Shown here: positions 26,275 to 39,666 of the stretch, piece by piece | Layout of the letters: each line of letters opens with the position of its first letter | How positions within the stretch are numbered: the first letter of the stretch is position 1 | Assembly (NCBI GenBank): GCA_964016885.1 | Contig: OZ024740.1 | Location: forward strand, 187,364,001 to 187,428,000 | Source: Eledone cirrhosa | Lineage: Eukaryota | DNA length: 64,000 bases | Reading direction: 5' to 3' | Notes under the pieces: model-generated | What the model was told of the DNA's origin: nothing | Databases searched by the model: none | What the model saw: the letters and a program-made list of their open reading frames with translations, nothing else | Translations under genes and position numbers: made by a program

Positions 26275-26499
26275 ATCATCATCATCACCATCATCAGGTT
26301 TAGCGTCCGTGTTCCACGCTTGCATGGGTTTGGACGGGGGTTTTCCCACTTGAGGCAAGAGTGGTTGTCTTGCTTGCATAGGACTGTCTGGCGGGTTTTC
26401 TACAGCTGGATGCCCTTCCTAACACCAACCACATTTAAAGTGTTGGGCTGGGAGGTTTTTACTGTGTTGCCTACACGGCCACATTACAGCGTGGACTGT
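26275..26499 (-). mobile_element. RTE family A 3' UTR fragment
   Basis: Near identity to 57340-57560. Confidence 0.85.
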
Positions 26500-26530
26500 A
26501 TATATATCTATATATCTATCTATCTATCTA

Positions 26531-26578
<48 letters not shown>

Positions 26579-27859
26579 TGCGGTGAGATTGTGTGTATTA
26601 TCTTCATCATTTAACGTCCACCTTCCCTGGATGGGTCTTCACAGATTGATTCAGACTTGAAACAGGATTACTGACCTCTCTTAGAGGCCTTCCAACGTAT
26701 ATATATATATATATATATATAATGTATGTGTATGTAGCGAATTAATAATTTAATTGTCTTTGAATTAAATGTGTAAATTCTATATGTTCTTTTTGTTGGT
26801 CAGTTGTTCATTGATGTTTGGCAGATCAGTGTCTCAATGAGTTCAAACGTAAGGTTGGCATGGCCAGTATTGAATAAACAATAACAAGAGCCACTACTTT
26901 TATAATTTTACTGAGGGATAACCTGATGATTATATATAGTGTTTTTCATATCCCAATGTTTTTAGAATGGTTACACCATATCTGTGTCAAAAGAGGCAAA
27001 AACATCCGTCATCAGGAAGGCATCTGGCTGTAAAATATCGCCTCGAAACTTCCCATCCATCCCAGTATGGAAAACTGGCTGGAGAAGCATTGTTATTGAT
27101 TGTTGATATATATTCTAGAGTTATCCGGTAATACATACAATGCTATATCATTTTGGTATATGTATTAATTCTCAAAAAGTGATTGATTTCATAAATAGAT
27201 GTAAATATATGTAGATATGCATTTAAATATGCTAAAAATCAACACCATCCATATATTTATATCCAAAATCTAGGGCCTTTTCATTCTTGTTGGAGGAACT
27301 CCTCCCTGGTTGACTTCCAGTGCTTCCCATCTCTGGTCATATTTGGTCAACTCAGCCCCACTGTTATTTTATGTATTAAATTAAATATCTTTTACAAGTT
27401 TTCCACATTTTAGAGCATAAATCTTCACATGGAAAAAGGTTTTGTAAACATGAAGCCACTATTTATGATATTATTATTAGTTTGAAGTTAGAATTTTGTA
27501 GGTAAAAATGAAACATCTATTCATGTTTTGCTATGCAGTATCTTTAGCAGATATCTTTTGCCATTGATACGGTTTGCTGAAATCCTTGTCTTGACAAGAG
27601 CTTGTCATGAAATATACCTTTTTTGGTGAGTAGAATGCATACACTACTCAGTTTAACACTATCATCTCGCCTGAAAATAATATAATTCTAGATACAGTTT
27701 GCCTAACACCAAGGATGGACATTCACTTGCGGAGGTCCTAACGTATATGAAATTTGAAGGCCATCTCTACAATGTTTCAGGTATAAATTTAAATAATCAT
27801 ACATTTTTTATATTAATGTTAATGATAAAGAATAAATTATATATATATATATATAAGAA

Positions 27860-29820
27860 AATGACCGGTTTTTTATAAATAAAAAAAAAAGAAAAATACG
27901 AGATGTCCTACACAGGTGAAATTATAAGGAAAAGAAATCGGAAATGCAATTGGAGTCTTTTTACGAACATTTATTTATTTCCTTTTCCGGTTTCACAGTT
28001 CTTATGCTTTTCAAGTGGTTTATCGTCTTGATAATAGAAATAAAAATGATTCCACTTGTAGAAATGGAGAAGGGTGTTATGTGTGTGTGGGAGTATGGTT
28101 AGCATGTTAAAGTGTTAAAATATTAACGTATGTCAAAGGATATTTAGCTCTGGTCTTTTATTTTCGAATATGGAGAAGGGTGTTATGTGTATGTGTGTGT
28201 GGATTGTTAGCAGCATGTTATGGTGTTAACATTAACGTATATTAAACTATATTTAATGCTGGTCTATGGTTTTGAATATATTTTTGAATAGACATATTTT
28301 CCTTAGTTATTCGTATTTGATCTGTTATATTGTCAGTGCAAAGATAACATGGAAGACTTGGAATTTGGGTGTCTTATTGTTTGCACATATGTCTAGATGT
28401 TCACTGAGTGGTAGAGTCTCGCCAATGTTGGCAATGAATTGTCATTCTGTTTCTGAGGGTGAGTTTAGTTTGCCCTATATAATCTCCATTACATCCTTTA
28501 CATTTAATGACATAAAGTAACTTTTTTTATGAGTAAGTGAAATGATTGTTTACAACAAATTTTATCCTGATTGAAATGTATACATTGTAACTTCAATAAG
28601 GTGAGTGCAATTTCCACAATTAGAGCAACCACATTTTTTGACAGCTGGTTTTGGGTTTGTGGCGTTGGTGAGTAATGTTTTTAGTGATTTAGGTTGTCTC
28701 TTGCTTTTGATTATTTTGTGTGTCTCAAGTGCTTTTTTAAATTTGTGGTTCTTGTTTCAATAGTGGGATGTTCTTGTGAATAATGTATGCTTCCATATTT
28801 CTTGGGTTGTGTTTTGAGATATATAATAGAATATTGAACATGTTTGTTTCGGTTTTTGTAATTCTTCAATGTCTATTGCTTTAGCCCTTTCTATTCCATC
28901 ATCTATTAATAACGGTGGGTACTGTCTTTCGAGCAGAATTTCCTTTAATTCTTGGAGTCTTTTATTCCACATTTCCTGATTGGAGACAATTGTACAAAAC
29001 CTTCTTGCTAGATTAAAAGGAATGTTCGTTGTTGTGTGCTTTGGATGGCTGGAGGTAAATAGCAGGTATTGTTTGGAATCTGTTGGTTTGTAGTGTATGT
29101 CAGTTTCAATATTTGTGTCTTTTTTGTATGATTAACATGTCCAGAAATGGGAGTTGGTCTTCAATGTATTCCATTGTGAATTGGATATGGGTTTTGATGC
29201 TGTTAATTACATTTTTGAATTCATGTAGTTGGTCGAGTGTGTGAGACCATAGAATAAGGCAGTCATCCAAGTAGCTTTTCCAATTCTCTGACAAATATCT
29301 GTGGAAGTTCAAGCCGTATTTTAATTTGGAATGTTCATATATGTGGACTTCCAAGTATGCCATGACTAAGTTAGCATAATTAGGAGCGACTTTTGTCCCC
29401 ATTATTTGTTTGTAAGTGTTGCTATCGAAATAAAAAAGTTTTTTGTAAAATGAATTTTAATCCCTCAGTGATGCTTTGTTCTATTCGTTGGATCTTATTG
29501 GAGTATTTTTCTAGCCAGAATCATATTGCTTCTAGTATGTTTACACAGGTTGAGGTGGATTCTTTACAGGCATCGTTATTATTCCCGTGACAATCATCAA
29601 CCAACCAAATTACGTTTTAAAAGAAAAAAATAGCAATTTGAGCCACACTTTCCACATAAAACAGAAAGAAATTTAGAACACGAACCAAGTGCGAGCCAAA
29701 TCACAAAACCTTCCATCTCAATTTTACTTTTGAAAAGCATAAGAACTGTGAAACCGGTGGAGGAAATAAATAAATATTCTTAAAAAGACTCCAGTTGCAT
29801 TTTCTATTTCTTTTCTGTAT
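27860..29820 (-). mobile_element. Degraded Penelope-like element (Neptune-like RT) with an inverted pLTR at its 5' end
   Basis: MGTKVAPNYANLVM, WKSYLDD, LPFLD, LERQYP. 27936-28015 is inverted at 29728-29810. Confidence 0.82.
29724..29765 (+). ncRNA. Degenerate hammerhead with U3:A8 core (element-sense copy at 27979-28020 -)
   Basis: TTACTT-TTGAAAA-GCA TAAGAAC TGT-GAAA-CCGG-TG-GAGGAA, with palindrome ACCGGT. The cleavage triplet is damaged in both copies. Confidence 0.55.
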
Positions 29821-30426
29821 ATCATCATCATCATCATCATCATCAACGTTTAACGTCCGTGTTCCATGCTTGCATGGGTTTGGACGGGGGTAGTCCCACT
29901 TGAGGCAAGAGTGATTGTCTTGCTCGCATAGGACTGTCTGGCAGGTTTTCTACAGTTGGATGCCCTTCCTAACACCAACCACATTTACAGTGTGGGTCTG
30001 GGAGGTTTTTACCGTGTTGCCTACACGGCCACATTACAGCGTGGACTGTGTGTTTTTTTGTCGTGACACCTACACGATCTCATTTGTTTCGGCCTGGATG
30101 GTGTGGCACCAACATAACTTTACATAGAACGGGGTGGTGTGGATGGGGTGGGGGTGGGGGTGGTGGGACGGGGGGTATTTTGTTAGAGATGCCTACTGGC
30201 TGTAGTAGGTTTTACTATGTATTTAGGTAAGGCGGGTCTTCTCTGTTACTGAGTACCGCCAAAGGTCTCGGTCCAGTGACATTGTCTTGGAGAGGTGTAA
30301 GTGTGTGAGGTCGGAGTTTATCAGCTCGTCCCAGGTTTTTCTAGGTCTGCCTATTCCGTGGCTACCGCCTATCTTTATTGCCCTGCACTTTGTTATACAG
30401 CTATCGACTTTCATGCGCATCACGTG
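29821..30426 (-). mobile_element. RTE family A 3' end
   Basis: HVMRMKVDSC...GRPRKTWDE...DRDLWR, 3' UTR and (GAT)n tail. Confidence 0.9.
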
Positions 30427-32982
30427 ATATATATATACACAAAGAGGGTGTGTAAGATACCAGGTGGACCATAACGCACCAGAGGACTCAATACTTAGGG
30501 TAGTAGAGTGGGTAATAGGAAAATAGTCAGGACCCCGACTGCTGAGCTCCTGATGTTTCAACGGATCTAGCTGTCAAAACAGTCTGATTTAGTGTTTAAG
30601 AATAAAAATAATGATAAAATAAAAATGTATATTAAAAATGAAGCCCTCTAGGGTGTGTGGCCCTATGCTATTGATATTTAACTTTATGTATGTCCAACAC
30701 TGCCTAACACCTCAACCTAGCCCATCAACAATGTGGTTCTAGATAAACTGTCTGAATAAAAGACAGAATTATCACAACTGAAATGCTTTCATTAAAGGTT
30801 TTTTTAAGCAACAACAAAAAAAAACAATAAAGCTTGATGTTATTATCAGAGGCACATTCCATATTTTGTTCAGTCATTCTCTATCTTGAACTATCTTATC
30901 TAACACCCTCGTTTTTTTAAGATGGCAAAGTATTATTTCAAGATTTTACTGCTATTTCTGGCCAGTCAACAATTTCAAGAAACATCTAAAAAAATTGTTG
31001 TTGTTAAAATAGAAATTTTCACCTGACCTATTCCATCATCTCATAACATGAACTGATATCATCCATATTATAAATACAGATTTTTAATATTTAGTTATCC
31101 TTCTCCCATCCAATATTTCCCTCTTTTTACCTTGAAGTTCTCATCTATTTACTCTTTTTTTTTCACATGATATGCCACACAATATACAGCACATAATTCC
31201 TATATATACAACATGGAAAATTGTAATGTTTAGTATTTTAGGTAAAAATTAACTTATCAGTGCTTAACAAATGATAACCCTCGACATATCATGAATTTCA
31301 ATCTACAAAGCAATATTTCTTTCACATATAAAAAAAGTATACTCATCACCTATATTTAAGCAAAATAGTATTACTGACAGACAAACCATAATCTAAGGAG
31401 GAGTGTAAGAATCTTCAAAATATATATTCCAAGCAATATTGAAAGTATTAGAGCAGAATAGGCGAATTCTTTGCTTTTACTTTTTAGATTTCTAGAAAAT
31501 ATCTGTGAGGTTATCTAAATTAAGTATAAAAATTTTGAAATATTAGAAGCATACTTCAGCAAAAATCATATACTTACTAGCTCATATTTCATTTTTGGCA
31601 CGTATTCAAATTTTATAGTTTCAAATAAAATTTAAAGTTTACTTTCATTTATATATATAAGTGTGTGTGTGTTTATATATATGTATGTTAAAGTATGTAT
31701 GTTAAAGTTACCTTTACTCTACTCATAGAATGATATCGTAACCATATCTAGAAACTTGAGTCAATATTTTATAGTGCTTTTAGCAAAGAAGAAATAGAAT
31801 TCTTAGTCTGGAAGTAAACCTGAGCTGGTCTTCTTGTCGATCAGAATGGACAGGGATGAAATGAAAAGTTATTTCAATGTCCAAATAATGCCAGACAAGA
31901 ACCACAAAGGCCATGGGACTCCCATAACATTCAGTGGTATTTACTCATCATATCTCACAAAAAAGTGGGAATAACACAAGGGAATGAAACAACTTGATGT
32001 GTATCTGGCTTATGTCATACTAAAAAACTATTTCATGGTGCCCCAAATTAATGTAGCTATTCCATACATCTGCAGCATACTCGGAGGTAAATCATCTCAC
32101 TACCAAGTTAATGTCTATTCTAAGCTGAAGGCTCATCAGGCTGGTGCTTATTCCTGGTTTCCTTGGAGCTAAGTGACTGCGAGTAGAAGATTCTCCCTGG
32201 ATAGGATGCCGGTCTATTGCAGGCTTAACTCACCAGACACTACTGGTACTTATTCTCAGCTGAGTGTACTGGAGCAAAGTGAAATAGATTGTTTTTCTCA
32301 GAAACACAATGCAGCAGCCTGTCCAAGAATCAAACTAATGACATTACAATCATATGTCAAGCATCGTAACCATTGGGCCATGTGACTTCTGTACAACTGA
32401 TCAACTGATAGTGGGGTGTTAACAGATATATCCCATTTTAGTCTCACTGACAGGCCTGATCAGATCATCTGACTTTGCACTGCCAACATATATCTTATTA
32501 CAGCATGCTTGAGTGGTATTGATTGGGAGGATCAGACTATACACTGCTTATATTGGAGGAATAGATGATTTGTTTTGGTGTTGAAACTAAAGTAATGTTT
32601 TAAAAACAAACAATGAAATTGAGATGAGATGGTTGTTAAGAAACCCGTGAAGCATTCACTTGTAGATGAATAAAATGAATAAAATCTGGCACAATTGGCA
32701 GCAGGATAGGAATTTTGTGGGGTACTTTGCTTAGTTGCCTTCCAATATCTCAGAATGGTACCATACTGGAGATTAGTACTTTCCAAATTGGCATGATTAT
32801 TCATTTAGGTTCTGACATATGTTGAATCTTAAAGTTTAGGTGTGGTTATAAGATTCATTTGAAAGGATATCATGCCACTTCACACCCTCTAATGGCCTCC
32901 ACTAAATACACCTAAGATTTGGTTGGTGGTTTTAAACTGGATGATAGATTATATCTAATATATTGCCTCTGCCATTTTGAAA

Positions 32983-33140
32983 GGTGGTGAATTGGCAGAG
33001 TCATTAGAACATCAGATAGAGTGCTTTGCATTATTCATTCTGGCTCTCTACTCTCTGAGTTCAAATCCTGCCAAGGTCAACTTTGGCTTTCATCCTTTCA
33101 AGGTTGATAAAAAGATTACCAAGCTAGTACTGGGATCAAT
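32983..33140 (+). mobile_element. tRNA-like SINE, second family (also 47375-47550 -, 48790-49140 +, 60037-60612 +, 62216-62430 +)
   Basis: Recurrent TGGCAGA...GAGTTCAAATCC...GGTCAACTTTGCCTTTCATCC...GATAAAATAAAGTACCAGT. Confidence 0.75.
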
Positions 33141-34139
33141 TCTTCCTCTATATCGCTTTCTATCTTTTACTGGAAGAAATCTGCTATATTCAGGCCCAAA
33201 GAGGGGTGGGCTCCACCAGGCTTAAAATGTCCAAGAAATTCTGTAGGTCAATATGGTGCCTCTACGACTCCACCAGGAGTTACAAGAGTCACACCCACAT
33301 GTTCAATTCAGGAATACCAGCAATCTTAAAGCTGACTAGACTCGAGTGTGGCAATGAAAAACACCTAAACAAAATGATTTGTGTTCTGTGTGCCTCTGGT
33401 CTGACACATCACTGTCACTGACACTTTAGCTGACAAGCAACATTTTAGATATTGTGATTCATCCATCAAGTCCTGTGATGGGTGTAAGAATAGCAAGTAG
33501 TTCAATCCAATGCAATCCAGAGCCTTCTCCCTCTTGTAGAGGAACCCCTTCCTCCCTGGTTGACCTTCACTACTTTCTATTTGGTTTTGGTCTTGTCAGG
33601 AGCGCAGCTGTACTCACTATTCTTGGCTAATTGTGGGTTGATGGATATTTTACACATAGTTGAGGTGGATGACCATTGACTCTGAGTAGTTCATCCACCC
33701 TTTTAACAGCTCTTGCTGGGGTTTCACTTATCCTCATCACCAGACCAGGGTCTGGTTGGTGAGCCAGTTTAGTCACCAACCACTTGACCATGAAGCAGAT
33801 TTTACTGAGTTACATGGTACCAGTAGCAGGCAGAAGCCTGATCTGACATGGCAAGTAGTGCTAGACACATATTTCTTTGAACAGGTGGTAATAGAAAAAA
33901 AAATAGTATTACTTTAAACATTATGTGGTTAGGAACTGCACATAAACGACATATTGGTGCTTTCCAGATTGTATGTTAGTGAGTGTGCTGTTGTAATATT
34001 GATAACACCGCTCTTTAATTTTGTATGTGCACAAGTAAGGGGAAAAAAATTAATTCTAAAAGAAAACAATATTTTAATCCAACCTCAAAAGAAGAGACAG
34101 ATTAGTATAATAAAAAATATATGAGAATATATCAAAAAG

Positions 34140-34187
<48 letters not shown>

Positions 34188-34270
34188 CTGAGATGAGCAG
34201 AACAGGCAAACATTAAACAATCTTTTAAATAAATTAAAATATGATTTAAATATTCACCTGTCCAAAATGG

Positions 34271-34345
34271 TATTACCAACGGTTTCGCTTCACAAAACAT
34301 TGGAAATTCAGAGAATTTCCAACGGAAAGATCAGCTCTTCAGATA
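34271..34345 (-). ncRNA. Type I hammerhead with perfect core and extended stem II
   Basis: TAT-CTGAAGA-GCT...CGTTGGAAATTC TCT GAATTTCCAATG...AGC-GAAA-CC GTT GG-TA^ATA. Lies in a ~350-bp unique segment (34186-34540) between (TA)n-rich runs. Confidence 0.8.
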
Positions 34346-34574
34346 GCTATTTTCATTATATAGGACGTAAAGTCTCACAGTTTGTAAATATATCGCTTAC
34401 TGCCCGAAGTATGAGGTCAGGCCATTAAAGTGACCCACACATAAACAGGCCGTTAGTAAAAGTGGGAATATTATAGACTTGTTGTTTGCCACCCCACTAA
34501 AAATAGCAGCAAGATACAACGTTTTCTTCTCTACTGTGTGTATGTATATATCACATATATATTATGTATATATT

Positions 34575-34606
<32 letters not shown>

Positions 34607-34614
34607 TTGACACA

Positions 34615-34967
34615 CGACCGTGACTTCTGGCGTCACGCAGTAATACAGGGTACCCGACCTCCCATGGGTACATGCTGAAGCATATAAACAATATGCCCCC
34701 CCCCCACCGCAAGGTGGTCGTGGAGGTGCCACGGCAAAAAAGCACCCAGCCCACACTGTAAAGTGGACGTGTAGGCGCCACGAAAAAGCACCCAGCACTC
34801 ACTGTAAATGAGGTTGGTGTTAGGAAGGGCATCCAGCTGTAGAAATCAAGCCAGATCAGTTCCTGTATGAGCAAGGCATGGTCAGCCGACCAGACACTGC
34901 CCACAACAGGACAACCCGTCTAACCCATGCTAGCGTGGAAGAACGGACGTAAAACGGTGATGATGAT
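34615..34967 (+). mobile_element. RTE family B 3' end
   Basis: Near identity to 56772-57125. Confidence 0.88.
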
Positions 34968-35062
34968 ATATATATATATATATATATATATAACATATAT
35001 ATTATGTATGCATATATATATGTATATATATATATATATATATAAAACATATATATTATGTA

Positions 35063-35101
<39 letters not shown>

Positions 35102-35274
35102 CATATATATATATTATATATATATATTGGGCGATGCATTCTCTCCTTGAGCAAGACATTTTATTTCACATTGCTCCTTCTACCTGGCGTTGCGACCGAT
35201 AAATAGTATTAGAAATTGGAAAGACCAATGGAAGTGTTGTTTCCTCGTTCCGATATGACGAAAGTCGATTGTTC

Positions 35275-35317
<43 letters not shown>

Positions 35318-35375
35318 AAATGTATGTAAAAGGTAAACAGCAATAACGACACAATCAGTACAGTATATGGAAGGA

Positions 35376-35443
<68 letters not shown>

Positions 35444-35458
35444 GATATAGATATGTAT

Positions 35459-35686
35459 ATCATCCTCATCATCATCATTTAATGTCTATCTTCTACACTA
35501 GCATGGGTTAGATGGGAATTGTCCCATTTGAGGTTGGGTGACCGTGTCTCACTCGTATAGGACTGTATCTGGCAGGTTTTCTATGGCTGGATGTCCTTCC
35601 TAACACGAACCACATTTACAGTGTGGACTGGAAGCCTTTTTACAATGTCCCCTACATGACCCCTTTACAGCATGGATTGGGTGCTT
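35459..35686 (-). mobile_element. RTE 3' UTR fragment (12562-type variant)
   Basis: Similar to 12562-12790. Confidence 0.8.
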
Positions 35687-35777
35687 TATATATATATGTC
35701 TAAAAAGTTTAATGTCTTTCTGAAGCCAGAAGGCTAATTTGGCCTGTGTTTATCCCTGTTTCATGCCATGAAGTGAC

Positions 35778-36320
35778 TGAGAGTACATCTGACATTGTAG
35801 GACAAAACAAAGGAGCGACATAAAAAATAAAAACCTAGTCATTGAGGAGGTCACAGAATATGTGACAAAAGAGCTTTGACAATATATAAATTACCTTCTG
35901 GTTATCAAACCAACCAAGCAACTGGAAACTTATAATAAATTGAAGTGAAAACCAACAGGTGTGTGTGTTTTTATTGGCAATCTGACATGCCCAAAGTATA
36001 ACGATATCTGTTTCAACACACATTTTCAGATAAGAAATCTCAGAAAACAAATTCAAAGATTTCTTATCTGAAAATGTGTGTTGAAAAAGATATCGTTATA
36101 CTTTGGGCATGTCAGATTGCCAATAAAAACACACACACCTGTTGGTTTTCACTTCAATTTATTATAAGTTTCCAGTTTCTTGGTTGGTTTGATAACCGGA
36201 AGATAATTTATATATTGTCAAAGCTTTTTTGTCACACATTCTGTGACGTCCTCAGTGACTAGGTTTTTATTTTTTTATGTCTCTCCTTTGTTCCGTCCTA
36301 CAACATCAGGTGTACTCTCA
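35778..36320. repeat. Inverted pair of PLE pLTRs, arms 35778-36040 and 36057-36320
   Basis: Reverse-complement arms with a 16-bp spacer. Related to 25410-25670 and 36715-37025. Confidence 0.9.
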
Positions 36321-36689
36321 TATAAATATATATATATATATATATTTATTAAAATAACAAATTAAAGTTTAAGCAAAGAATTGCTGCTTTCACCCTTAAC
36401 GGGATCTTCTGAAATATATATATATTTATTGGCCGATGCATTCTGTCCTTGGACAAGACATTCTATTTCACATTGCTCCTTCTACCTGGCATTGTGACCG
36501 ATAAATAGTATTAGCAATTATAGTTTCAGAAGATCCCGTTAAGGGTGAAACCAGCGATTCTTTGCTTAAACTTTAATCTGTTATTTTAATAAATATTTGC
36601 TCTATGGTTCTTATATATTTGATATATATTTATCCTTATCGAGCCCTCTTTGGATTTTAGTCTTCAAATTTATTATTATTGTTTTTGTG

Positions 36690-37025
36690 TGTGAACACAC
36701 ACACAAAAACAAGATGGCGTAGGACAGAACAAAGGAGAGGCACAAAAAACAAAGAAAAGAATCCCCAGTCACTGAAGAGGTCACAGAATGTGTGACGAAA
36801 GAACTTTGACAATATATAAACAACTATCTGGTTGTGGAACCAACCAACCAACCAACCGGAAATTTATAAATTCCTAAATTTATAAATCTATTATAATAAA
36901 TTGAAGTGAAAGAAACTGGTGCGTGTGTTTCTTATTGGCAACATGTCCCTCCCAAAGTATAACAATATCGGTTTCAACACACGTTTTCAGATAAAGAATC
37001 TTGCTAAACAAATTCAGAAACAAAA
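36690..37025 (+). mobile_element. Solo pLTR of the 23180-25670 PLE family
   Basis: High similarity to 25400-25670, extending about 55 bp further 3'. Confidence 0.85.
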
Positions 37026-37051
37026 TATATTTATATATATATATATATATA

Positions 37052-37556
37052 TCACACACTTACACCTCTCCAAGACAATGTCACACACACTTACACCTCT
37101 CCAAGACAATGTCACTGGACCGAGACCTTTGGCGGTACTCAGTAATAGAGAAGACCCGCCTTACCTAAATACAAAGTAAAACCTACTACAGTCAGTAGGC
37201 ATCTCTAACAAAATACACCCCCGTCCCACCACCCCCACCCCATCCACACCGCCCCTTTCAATGTAAAGTTATGTTGGTGCCACAACATCCAGGCCGAAAC
37301 AAATGAGATCGTGTAGGTGTCACGACAAAAAAACACACAGTCCACGCTGTAATGTGGCCGTGTAGGCAACACGGTAAAAACCTCCCAGCCCCACACTGTA
37401 AATGTGGTTGGTGTTAGGAAGGGCATCAAGCTGTAGAAAACCCGCCAGACAGTCCTATGCGAGCAAGACAATCAGTCTTGCCTCAAGTGGGAAAACCCCC
37501 GTCCAAACCCATGCAAGCGTGGAACACGGACGTTAAACGTTGATGATGATGATGAT
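37052..37556 (+). mobile_element. RTE family A 3' end with a short 5' junction duplication
   Basis: CACACACTTACACCTCTCCAAGACAATGTCAC is repeated at the 5' edge. (GAT)n tail. Confidence 0.88.
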
Positions 37557-37559
37557 ATA

Positions 37560-38325
37560 ATTAAAACAAGATTTAGAACGCATCTCCACTCTTTCAGGAA
37601 CAAAAAACTAAGGCACTCCACATCGCTTGCCAACTACGTCACCACATTACAAGACGCCAACATAAGCTTCTCCACACACTGGGATATTGTCGGTAGGGCT
37701 GCACCCTACAACTTCAGGGGGAAAAGCCAGCTCTGCCTCATGGAACACCCCACGAGCTCATAAACAGCCGAGCAGAATCAGTCATAAATTGTACACGCCG
37801 GGTGCAGGCGTCGTATTTTGACTGGGAAGCGACTGCGACATGAAAACTACGAACTGGGTCCCCCTGACCTAAACATAACACCCCGGTCGGCAGGCGGTAT
37901 GAACAAACATCTGTGAACCAAATGTACATCACAGACTATGCTCGAACAAGCATTAGTGAAGCAACATCCACTAAATAATAAATGTACACCCCAGACCCGA
38001 CCTGTACTGGCACTAGTGAAACAACACACATAATATAAAGATGCTAAACACCAGCATATGAACAGGTATAACAATCTAAATGGGACCAGACTGTCTGAAC
38101 ACCGGCCAGAGTTACTCCCCCTGCTCTGCGATAATAACAACACATGCACAGAGGAGAAGAATGAACTATGATGTTAATTTAACCATGAAATCCCTCCCGG
38201 GTCCTATATTGATCATTGTTTTGTTTTCCATGCCCTTGATAAGCCCATTCTGGGTGAAACGTACATAGGCGCACTGTTATATAAACATGTTCTAACGCTT
38301 TTAAACTCCTTGTATTCATTTCCTT
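37560..38325 (+). mobile_element. 5'-truncated Hydra-like PLE (different family): GIY-YIG C-terminus plus pLTR; not in the ORF track
   Basis: From 37560 reads IKTRFRTHLHSFRNKKLRHSTSLANYVTTLQDANISFSTHWDIVGRAAPYNFRGKSQLCLME, alignable by eye to FKARLYNHHSSFK...[12 protein letters not shown]...WKKVSSASPY...CNLCLNEK. Confidence 0.8.
38231..38273 (+). ncRNA. Minimal hammerhead with U3:A8 core
   Basis: TGCCC-TTGATAA-GCCC ATTCT GGGT-GAAA-CGTACA-TA^GGCGCA, near-palindrome ACGTAC(G)T, downstream of the EN fragment. Confidence 0.65.
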
Positions 38326-39148
38326 TATATATGTATATATGTATATATTTATATATATATATATATAGGAAAAGAGTCAGGGCCCCGATGGCTGAGGCCC
38401 GGCCATTCGACAGGTAGATCAGCTGGAGCTCAGTCGTTGGGGTCCTGACTCTTTTCCTATTACCGACTCTACTACCCTTATATATATATATATTATATAC
38501 ATACATATATATAAGGAAACAATAAAATTCTAAACTAGAAGCTAAGTTCACTGAGGATAAAAATGTTTAAATAAGAAAAAGAAAAATGATAAAACTACAA
38601 AAATGTTGAGAAGATAAAAGATTACATCACAGTGAAACGCTAAAAAATACTAAATAAGAAAAAAATAAAATACTGTAGAGAAAAACTTTTTCATGGTCAG
38701 TATCCTGCAAGAATGGTCAGAGACAGAAAAAGTTAGCCAATATAATAGCTAACAATGGCTTAAAAGAGCTTTGGAATAAAGGCAGAAATTAAAGAACTGA
38801 TTTCATCTGCACAAGATCAATGAGTATCCACAAAAATAACAACAAAAACATCAAGAACAATAACCATAATGATGATGATGATGATGCTAATGGTGGTGGC
38901 GATGATAATAATAATAATAACTACCAAAATAAAATAATAAAACTAGAGTTTAACGTCAACTGCAGACTACGTAATCATTCTAAAGAAACAATCGATAATT
39001 TCATTTCTAGGATGATTTGGCAGAAATAACAGAACCATACCAGACTAAATGATTTACATCATTTAATCTTCACACTTTATATTTTAAGTTCATATCCCAC
39101 CAGAATTGTATTTGCTTTTCATCCTTCACAAGATTGATGAAATATATA

Positions 39149-39351
39149 CAGTGTGTTTCAAACAATTAGATATCATTTGAGACGTAAATATCCGAGAAAT
39201 CGTTCATGGAATCCACATTTCTTAACAGTTATTCCTCAAAATTTGAATAAATTCTATGTGGCTCAACATAAAGTCTGCTCAGTTTTATTTTCCTATACTT
39301 TGTAGTTTCTGGGATATATGCATCTCAAATTATATTTTTTTAAGCACCCAG
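39149..39351. mobile_element. Tc1/mariner-type MITE inserted in a SINE
   Basis: TA flanks. Imperfect TIRs CAGTGTGTTTCAAA...ATTTGAGACGTAAATATCCGAGAAA and TTTCTGGGATATATGCATCTCAAAT...TTAAGCACCCAG. Confidence 0.7.
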
Positions 39352-39666
39352 TATTACTAAGTAATACTGGGATTGACTCAGTTGGCTCACACCCTGAATA
39401 AAGTACTCAATAAGATCTGAATAAGATCTCTAACCATGTTGTTGTTATTATTGTTGTGTAACCATTGGTGTTGCCTTAGTAAACTTATGATCAAAGGAAT
39501 TCCAACCATGATCATCCTCCTTTTGTCTAACATATTGTATTTACAGCTATGTTATACAAAGTGACATATTTTGTGTCAGTAGAATGTGGTGTTAGGGATA
39601 TTTAGTTGCTATTTTTAGCTGATTGAGTAACCACCTAATTTTCTGTCAAAATTTTCCAACAAAATA

